Below are positions 57,601 through 64,000 of a stretch of 64,000 bases of DNA, one piece after another (position 1 is the stretch's first letter; the number at the start of each line of letters is the position of its first letter). Source of the DNA: Candidatus Latescibacterota bacterium. GTDB lineage: Bacteria > Latescibacterota > UBA2968 > UBA8231. The DNA lies in assembly GCA_965197905.1 (NCBI GenBank), contig CBDAOB010000005.1:1216001-1280000 (forward strand), written 5' to 3'. The notes beneath the pieces are model-generated. The model was not told the origin of the DNA. It did no database searches and saw only the letters and a program-made list of their open reading frames with translations. The position numbers and the translations under genes are program-made.

Positions 57601-58551
57601 TTGAGCGATCACGTCTTCAAGAAGAGCGCCCGGTATTCCTTGAGCCTGCTGGTTGTGCTCCTACTGAATTTCGCCTTACCCCGTGCGATGCCTGGAGATC
57701 CGGTAATGCACCTCATGGGCGCGGAGGATTATTACCGGTTTCCCGAGATGGCAGAGCAGGTTCGGGCGAAGCACGGCTTGGATCGACCCCTGGTTGAACA
57801 GGCCTGGACCTATTTCGCCGGTATCCTGCGAGGTGATCTGGGCGTGTCATTCCGCTATCGAAGCAATGTCGGCGAGCTTCTGCTGCGCGGCATAAAGTGG
57901 ACGGCGTGTTTGGTGTTGCCGTCCCTCGCAGTGGGATCGCTGCTGGCAGCCTTACTCGGGGGTGTCGCTGGTTGGTGTCAGGGACGACCGTGGGAGCGGC
58001 TGCTAACCATGAGTATCATGCTATTCAGATCGGTTCCCGAATACGGAATCGCTATGATTGCCTTGCTCCTCCTGGCCTATCACCTTGCCCTGTTCCCCCT
58101 CGCCGGCATAGCCCAGATCGGCGGCCTGGAGATCCTGCGCCACGCTCTGCTGCCCTGGATCATCCTCAGTCTCCTCTATACCGGTCAGTATTACCTGGTG
58201 CTGCGGAACGCCATCGCCGCTACACGAGCAAAACCTTTCATCGTTAGCGCTCGAGCCCGTGGACTTACCAGCTGGGTGGTCCTGAGGCGCCACGCTTTTC
58301 GCGAAGCTCTGTTGCCATTCCTGTCCCTATTGGGTTTGGGACTCGGTTTCTCCGTGTCCGGGGTGTTGCTGGTGGAGATCGTATTTTCTTGGCCCGGAAT
58401 GGGAACCTTGATTCTGAGCGCCGTCAACAGCCGCGACTATCCTCTCCTGCAGGGTTGCTTTCTGCTATTGACTATCAGTGTCCTTTTGGTCAACTACCTC
58501 ACTGATCTCGCGTACGGATTTTGCGATCCGAGATTGAGGATCGGCTCTTGA
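57601..58551 (+). CDS. ABC transporter permease (DppB/NikB-like)
   Basis: 'PGDP', 'GLDRP', 'GDLG.S', 'ARARGL', 'VE.VFSWPGMG', 'RDYP..QG'. Confidence 0.92.
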   Translation: MSDHVFKKSARYSLSLLVVLLLNFALPRAMPGDPVMHLMGAEDYYRFPEMAEQVRAKHGLDRPLVEQAWTYFAGILRGDLGVSFRYRSNVGELLLRGIKWTACLVLPSLAVGSLLAALLGGVAGWCQGRPWERLLTMSIMLFRSVPEYGIAMIALLLLAYHLALFPLAGIAQIGGLEILRHALLPWIILSLLYTGQYYLVLRNAIAATRAKPFIVSARARGLTSWVVLRRHAFREALLPFLSLLGLGLGFSVSGVLLVEIVFSWPGMGTLILSAVNSRDYPLLQGCFLLLTISVLLVNYLTDLAYGFCDPRLRIGS

Positions 58552-59354
58552 ACAGCTTCGTCGCTCGCCCCGAGTGTCTGATTGGCTGCGGATTCCTGAT
58601 GGCGCTTGCAGCGGCGGGCGCGCTGGCAGGCTTTCTGGCCCCTTACGATCCGTGGGCGGCTAGCGGACCTCCGTTTGCATCTCCCAACTGGCCGCATCTG
58701 CTGGGTACGAATGATCTCGGCCAGGATCTCCTGAGCGAGGTAATCTTCGGCATTCGACTTTCTCTATCGGTGGGTTTGATTGGCGCCGCTGTGGCGACCT
58801 TCATTGGGGCGCTTGTCGGGCTAGCGGCGGGGTATTATCGGGGTTGGATCGACGAGGCATTGATGGGGTTGACCGACACGATCATGTTGATTCCGGCACT
58901 CCCGTTGATCATCCTGCTGGTTGCCTATTCCGGACCCAGCTTCTGGTGGTTTGTCGCGGTTATAGGTTTGGTTTGGTGGACCGGCACGGCGCGGGCCGTA
59001 CGCGCCCGAGTGTTGCAGGTGCGGGAAATGCCTTTCGTCGAAGCCTCGACCGCGTTGGGAGCCCGCAGATGGCGCACCATGCTGGTTCACGTCTTGCCGA
59101 ACGTTGGCCCAGTTTTGCTGGCACGTTTCACCATGGCTGTGCCTGAAGCGATTCTCACAGAGGCCGGCCTTAGCTTTCTGGGACTCGGAGACCCGTCGGT
59201 AAAGAGCCTGGGATTAACCTTGAATCACGCTTTTACAAACGGGGGATTGATCAACGGACAATGGTGGTGGTACCTGTTTCCGATCATGGCCATATCCACG
59301 ATAGTGTTGAGCGTATCTCTGCTTGGAGTCGGTTCCCAATCAAATCCCAAATAG
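58548..59354 (+). CDS. ABC transporter permease (DppC/NikC-like)
   Basis: 'PYDP', 'H.LGT..LGQD', 'EA..ALGA', 'H.LPN', 'EA.LSFLGLG', 'WWW..FP'; TTG overlapping the upstream stop. Confidence 0.92.
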   Translation: MNSFVARPECLIGCGFLMALAAAGALAGFLAPYDPWAASGPPFASPNWPHLLGTNDLGQDLLSEVIFGIRLSLSVGLIGAAVATFIGALVGLAAGYYRGWIDEALMGLTDTIMLIPALPLIILLVAYSGPSFWWFVAVIGLVWWTGTARAVRARVLQVREMPFVEASTALGARRWRTMLVHVLPNVGPVLLARFTMAVPEAILTEAGLSFLGLGDPSVKSLGLTLNHAFTNGGLINGQWWWYLFPIMAISTIVLSVSLLGVGSQSNPK

Positions 59355-59370
59355 TGCCGAAGGCAGCGCA

Positions 59371-60591
59371 CTATCCCAACAGCTTCGATTTTCGCGTGAC
59401 TCTGTTCCAGTTTTTCTTCTCTCGCCGACGCTGCAGCAGATACTTCACTCGTGGAAAGCGCGGCGCAGGGGGCTCGAACTGGAGCCGGATCCACTCCACC
59501 GGAGGCACCGCAATACGAATCAGGTAGAGCAGTTTTTTCGTAATCGGGGCGCCGCCGAAGAGATAATAGCGAGCCGCATCGAACGGTCGGATAAACGACT
59601 TCAAGTCGAAGAACTCCCGTTTCCGCCAAATCCGTTGGAATAGCCATGACCGGGAGCGGGTAGGGGCCAACGGTTCCAGCTCCGACAAGGTGCGCTCGGG
59701 ATAGATCAATTGTGTTATCCAGAGCATCGAGTGATAGAAGGAATCTTGTAGCCGTCGTGACTTGGCTTTACCGCAAAGCAGGTCCCAGTCCATGCGCGGC
59801 CCCCATTGTCGATAGAAGGCGTTGATATCATAGTACCAGAGCATACGGCCGAATCCGTGCAGATTGGCGTGAGTGGCGAGATACAGTAGCATCTCCTCCG
59901 GACAGAGACTGCAAATCGTGCGGCCCCGTACGGTCCACTCGTGCGATTCGTCCCACGAGGACTCGCGCCCGTCTGGCACTCCGTAGTTATACAACCGGAA
60001 ATGAATCTCGACGGGAGTAAGATCGTCTCTGGTGAATCGCAACTGCTCCATGTACTGGGAATACTCGACCATTCCTGCCGGCGTCAGATCTTTGGGGACC
60101 GGCGTATCCTGATGAAACCCGGCCTTCTCGAGAATCTCTCGACACGCCAGATGGTCCGCCTCGCGTATCAGCAGATCGAGATCGTAGGAGGCGCGCGGGG
60201 CTCCAGGCGGATGCAGACTCTGCAGAATCGGTCCTTTCAACGCCATGGTCTCGATGTAGTCCGAATTCAACAGATCTTGGCAGTGTAGAAGGGTATCGAC
60301 CTGCTGGCCTTGGAGACGTTTCATTTCGGCGGCCCCATCTTGCAACGTCGACCGCGACGAGGGCGGGATTTGGTCCAGCAGGGAACAGGCGGAGAGATGG
60401 TGATGCAGCAGAGCCAACATCCGGTGGTAGTCGGCTTTGCTCAGGATGCGATTCCAGTCGGGCTGGTCCGTAACCAAACGGGCAAATCGCTGTGCCCATT
60501 CTTCCTCCAGTTTTTCTCGGCACGCAAGGACGAGGATGAGATCCTCCGGCGTGAGCCGATGATGCGTCTTATTAGTTTGATGTGAATCCAT
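59371..60591 (-). CDS. Uncharacterised nucleotidyltransferase (NTP_transf_5-like)
   Basis: 'DW..I...A..H', 'LKG', 'R...DLDLL', 'VEIH', 'LL.L..H...H', 'W..D'. Start at MDSHQ (60591) preferred. Confidence 0.8.
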   Translation of the reverse strand: MDSHQTNKTHHRLTPEDLILVLACREKLEEEWAQRFARLVTDQPDWNRILSKADYHRMLALLHHHLSACSLLDQIPPSSRSTLQDGAAEMKRLQGQQVDTLLHCQDLLNSDYIETMALKGPILQSLHPPGAPRASYDLDLLIREADHLACREILEKAGFHQDTPVPKDLTPAGMVEYSQYMEQLRFTRDDLTPVEIHFRLYNYGVPDGRESSWDESHEWTVRGRTICSLCPEEMLLYLATHANLHGFGRMLWYYDINAFYRQWGPRMDWDLLCGKAKSRRLQDSFYHSMLWITQLIYPERTLSELEPLAPTRSRSWLFQRIWRKREFFDLKSFIRPFDAARYYLFGGAPITKKLLYLIRIAVPPVEWIRLQFEPPAPRFPRVKYLLQRRREKKNWNRVTRKSKLLG

Positions 60592-61810
60592 GGGTGATGC
60601 TAATCGGACCGCAATGCTTGTGGCCAGCCAGGCCTTCTTCAATGGCGTCCTGGCCGTCGAGGTCATACTTCTAGGCCGTTGGTTTGATAGCACCCTTTTG
60701 GGGTTCTATTTCTTCAGCCTTTCTTTGGGCAGCATCCTCGAGGTGTTCGTTCATTGGGGCGCCCAGCACTATGTGAATCGAGAGGCTGCGTCAGACCTCA
60801 CTGCCAAGCAGCACCTTCCACTCTTCTTGAGATTTTCGTGCGCCGCCCAGATACTCATCGCGGCGGTCCTGATGACGAACTTCGGTTGGCCTCAGGCACT
60901 GATCGCTGCGGGGTTGATGATGCGCTCGGGTGCCTTCCTCGTCGGAGCCATTTTCGTCGGTCGGCGCCGGGTTGTGATCCCGATTCTGGGCCGGGTATCT
61001 TCGCAGCTTTTGCTCCTTCTATGTCTGCTGACGATCGTGCGGAGCGGTCCCTCTCTGGAATCCCTTTCCTTGGTCGAAGCCGGCGTAGGATTTCTGCACC
61101 TGCTGGCAATGTTGCTGTTGTTACCGAAAATCGGGTACACGATTCGCGAAGGCGACACTTGGGGCGCCATGGTCAGCAAGGGAGGCATGTTGGCCAGGGC
61201 GGTCTGGCCTTTCACTCTTCTGTTCTTCCTCGGCCAGCTGATCTATCGAGGCGATGCCGTCTTGCTGGCATATCTCGTCGAGATCGACTCCGTGGCCAAA
61301 TTGATGCTGGCGTTCAAGTGGATCGAAGGCATGTTCTTCGTTGCCGCCGTCGTCTCCAGCGCCACCATACCGTTGTTGGTCGAATCGGCCTCTGCTCGGA
61401 TCCGGGAACTGGTTCTCAAGATCGGCCTTATGCTGTGCGCGGGGTTATCGCTTTTGGCTCTTGGTATGCTGTGGATCGGCATTCCCTTCCTGGAGTACGC
61501 GTTAGGACAGACGTTCTTCCACTCGCGTCCGTTCTTTCGCCTATTGGTTTGGTGCATCCCACTCCAAGGATTGGGGTTTTTCTTTGCCACAACCTTGGTT
61601 GCTTTGAATCGAGAGCGACCGCTCTTAGTGCTAAGCGGAATAACGATCTTGATCGGGTTTGTGTCGAAATGCCTCGCAACTTGGCTCTGGGACATCTGGG
61701 GATTCGCCTTCGCGATTCTCGGCCACCTCGCCCTCTATCTGGCTGGCACCGGAATGCTTCTTTTCCGTGAGCGCGGGAAAGATAGGGTTGCAGCAACAGT
61801 GAGGCAATGA
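60590..61810 (+). CDS. Polysaccharide/oligosaccharide flippase (Wzx-like)
   Basis: About 12 TM segments; 'G....VNRE', 'D..LL'. Confidence 0.75.
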   Translation: MGDANRTAMLVASQAFFNGVLAVEVILLGRWFDSTLLGFYFFSLSLGSILEVFVHWGAQHYVNREAASDLTAKQHLPLFLRFSCAAQILIAAVLMTNFGWPQALIAAGLMMRSGAFLVGAIFVGRRRVVIPILGRVSSQLLLLLCLLTIVRSGPSLESLSLVEAGVGFLHLLAMLLLLPKIGYTIREGDTWGAMVSKGGMLARAVWPFTLLFFLGQLIYRGDAVLLAYLVEIDSVAKLMLAFKWIEGMFFVAAVVSSATIPLLVESASARIRELVLKIGLMLCAGLSLLALGMLWIGIPFLEYALGQTFFHSRPFFRLLVWCIPLQGLGFFFATTLVALNRERPLLVLSGITILIGFVSKCLATWLWDIWGFAFAILGHLALYLAGTGMLLFRERGKDRVAATVRQ

Positions 61811-63772
61811 ATGTTGGCAACCGATCCAGACCGTCGCACGTATGTGGCAACCGGTGTCGCCGCAGCAGGGTCCACAACGCTCCATCTCCTTGCCAATGTT
61901 TTTCCGGAGCATCTGTGGGGCGCACACCACCTGAAATTCCTCTTTCCCGAAGCCGTTATCCCATTCTACCTGTCCCCTTTGGTTATACTGGTTCCGTCCG
62001 TGAATCGGCAATTTCGTCGCATCGTCGGCGCAGTGCTCGGTGCCTGCGGGTCAACAGCTCTTCGGTACGCGATCGCACTCTGCGTATCCGCGCTGATCTT
62101 CTCCGCGTTTCCTCTTGACCACCGTCTCTTTGGCGACAATCTAGCAAGGCTAGGTGAAGTAGCAGGGCTGACCGAGATAGACCATCGCCCCCATGAGTAC
62201 GACACTATGTTACGCCGGTTCGTTCACCGCGAGCTTGGCGAATTGCTGGGTTGGGGTGTGGATCGAACCTATGCGACGATCTCCATTCTCTTCGGGGTCG
62301 CGTACGTCGGCGGATCCCTGGCCCTCTCTCGGCTTTTGGGTCGTAGCTCTGCGGGCGCTGCACTTTTGTTTTGCGGACTCCTATCGCCCGGGTATATGCT
62401 GCTCTTCTTCGGTTATGCGGAGGCTTACAGTTCTGTAATTTCAGCTACCCTGTTCTTTCTCTTGACCACGCTCGCATTTATGGAAGGCAGGTGCTCCATC
62501 TTGTTACCAGTGCTGACACTGGCCGCAGTAGGTCTCCTGCACATCATGGGACTCTTCGTTGCGCCAGGGTTGGTTTACGCGGCGGTGAAACGATACGAGG
62601 TGGATCGCTTTTTCCCTCTGATCCTCCGCCGTCACTTCGCCCCGGCGCTTTGCTTTGTCAGTCTGCTGCTGGGTTTGTGGTCCTTTCATCTGATACGGCC
62701 TTCTTCCATGCTCCCGCTGTTCGACCGGGTCGACCATCTACCGTACGGAATCCTTTCGTTGGCGCATCTTCTCGATATGGTAAATGAGCAGATGCTGGTT
62801 GCCTTACCCGGGTGGATCGGACTGCTGCTGGCGCTGGTACAGCCTCGGGGAGAAGCGGATCAACGGCTGCAATTGTTGGGCGTTGCCGCCGTCGTCAGCT
62901 TGGGGATGTGGTTGACGGTCAACCCGGCTCTGGGCAGTCTCGATTGGGATCTGCTCGCTATATCGGCATTGCCTTGGGTTCTTTTCGGTCTGTACGCCAT
63001 GATCGTCCGATTCCCTTCAGAGGGCTCTCTGGGTTACGCCGCAGCAGTGGTTGTCGGATTGAGTCTAACACACACGATTCCGTGGATCACACTTCAACGT
63101 TGGGGGGACAAAGCGGTTTTGGCGGTCGAGGCGATGGTAGTCAACGACGCCCACACCTTTGGTTGGCGCAGCGGAATTCTCGGAGTGAGCATGATATCTG
63201 AGGGTTTCCATGGAGCCGGACGGCGCCAGCTCGAACGGGCGGAGCGGCGTTCGAGCGACGAAGCACCGGTGGTCCTGCGGACGCTGGCGCAGATCTATCT
63301 CGAGGAAGGCCGATTCGACGAGGTCAACTCGCTGCTGCGGAGAACCCTATTGCTCGTGCCTGACAAGGCCACGCTGAAGATCTTGCGCGTCTATCGCAAA
63401 CGCGCGCCCAACGGATTGCTGGCAAGCATCGAGTTGCTGGAGTACGTCATCAGCATCCACCCCCATCCAACCTATTTCGGAATACTGGCCGAGTTTTATC
63501 GTGCGGCAAATCGTCGCGAGGATCTGTTTCGCCTTATGGATAAGCTGGACCGTACTATTTCTCGATCGGAGCTGTTGGCAACAACGGATCCAAACAATGG
63601 TGAGAATCTGATGAATCTCGGGGCTCTCTATCTTCGGCGCGGCCGCATGCGCGAGGCGGAGACCGCCTTCGACAACGCCGAGGCTACACCATTGGGCGCC
63701 AAGCAACGGACTTCATTGAGAGAGTTGCGGGCTATACTGGAAACAGTAAAGTCTCGGGGTTCACAAGAATGA
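61811..63772 (+). CDS. Multi-pass membrane protein (GT-C-like) with C-terminal TPRs
   Basis: 'GD', 'FFGY.E.Y', 'DWDL' motifs in about 12 TM segments; C-terminal TPR-like 'LAQIYLEEGRFDE' and 'NLGALYLRRGR..EA..AF'. Confidence 0.7.
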   Translation: MLATDPDRRTYVATGVAAAGSTTLHLLANVFPEHLWGAHHLKFLFPEAVIPFYLSPLVILVPSVNRQFRRIVGAVLGACGSTALRYAIALCVSALIFSAFPLDHRLFGDNLARLGEVAGLTEIDHRPHEYDTMLRRFVHRELGELLGWGVDRTYATISILFGVAYVGGSLALSRLLGRSSAGAALLFCGLLSPGYMLLFFGYAEAYSSVISATLFFLLTTLAFMEGRCSILLPVLTLAAVGLLHIMGLFVAPGLVYAAVKRYEVDRFFPLILRRHFAPALCFVSLLLGLWSFHLIRPSSMLPLFDRVDHLPYGILSLAHLLDMVNEQMLVALPGWIGLLLALVQPRGEADQRLQLLGVAAVVSLGMWLTVNPALGSLDWDLLAISALPWVLFGLYAMIVRFPSEGSLGYAAAVVVGLSLTHTIPWITLQRWGDKAVLAVEAMVVNDAHTFGWRSGILGVSMISEGFHGAGRRQLERAERRSSDEAPVVLRTLAQIYLEEGRFDEVNSLLRRTLLLVPDKATLKILRVYRKRAPNGLLASIELLEYVISIHPHPTYFGILAEFYRAANRREDLFRLMDKLDRTISRSELLATTDPNNGENLMNLGALYLRRGRMREAETAFDNAEATPLGAKQRTSLRELRAILETVKSRGSQE

Positions 63773-64000
63773 TGGCGACGATAGAACGTCCTCCCGATCG
63801 TTTGCTGGCTCCTTCCTTCTGGACGAGTCTGTTCGGACGCGACATCAGCAGCTGCCGGGCCGAACTTATCGAGAGGGGAATGAGTCCCAGCACCGTGTTC
63901 CGAATGCACTTTGAACGGGGGGATCCAAGTTTTCCTACGCTTATTCTCAAGGTCTCCAGAGCCCCCTGGCCCTCCAGTGACCCGACCGGGTTTGGCAGGG
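63769..64000 (+). CDS. Probable aminoglycoside phosphotransferase / choline kinase-like protein, N-terminal part only
   Basis: Open frame from an ATG overlapping the upstream stop: MMATIERPPD...RGMSPSTVFRMHF...PTLILKV..., resembling the kinase-fold Gly loop and beta3 Lys. Confidence 0.5.
   Translation, partial: MMATIERPPDRLLAPSFWTSLFGRDISSCRAELIERGMSPSTVFRMHFERGDPSFPTLILKVSRAPWPSSDPTGFGR

Noticed and set aside
1..64000. CRISPR arrays, tRNA/rRNA, IS elements, prophage or anti-phage defence genes
   Set aside because: No regularly spaced repeats, cloverleaf or rRNA signatures, or transposase, integrase, phage or defence motifs were seen by eye; short elements could have been missed without tools.

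Overview
A gene-dense, GC-rich (roughly 60%) chromosomal segment from a probably diderm, motile bacterium. The lineage cannot be fixed from this window; the gene style suggests an uncultured FCB/Latescibacterota-like organism, which is only a guess. I see no rRNA, tRNA, CRISPR array, integrase or transposase. Contents in order: (1) a minus-strand operon of a NuoE/NuoF fusion, a selenocysteine formate dehydrogenase (in-frame UGA plus SECIS hairpin), DUF2848, a D-aminoacylase and a DapA-like aldolase, preceded by an unrecognised structured RNA with a terminator; (2) a methyltransferase, flippase and TMTC-like TPR glycosyltransferase; (3) hom, an iPGM-like gene (candidate homoserine kinase), lysC and asd; (4) an M20 deacylase, DUF5069, PhoX, a secreted AGE-fold protein with degenerate catalytic residues and a cNMP-REC regulator; (5) a stand-alone MurG-HEAT-repeat fusion plus mraY; (6) a YcgR/PilZ protein with a sigma-28 promoter, and recG; (7) an amine/sulfur catabolic cluster; (8) GT-C-type membrane glycosyltransferases, qor, an S1-domain protein, trpBA, rmlA, an SDR and an L,D-transpeptidase; (9) a cytochrome c, TonB receptor and ABC uptake cluster with a C-terminally anchored binding protein and no ATPase; (10) a nucleotidyltransferase, flippase, GT-TPR and kinase locus. 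Four reading-frame breaks are present: three apparent single-base losses that may be assembly errors, and one exact 8-bp duplication.
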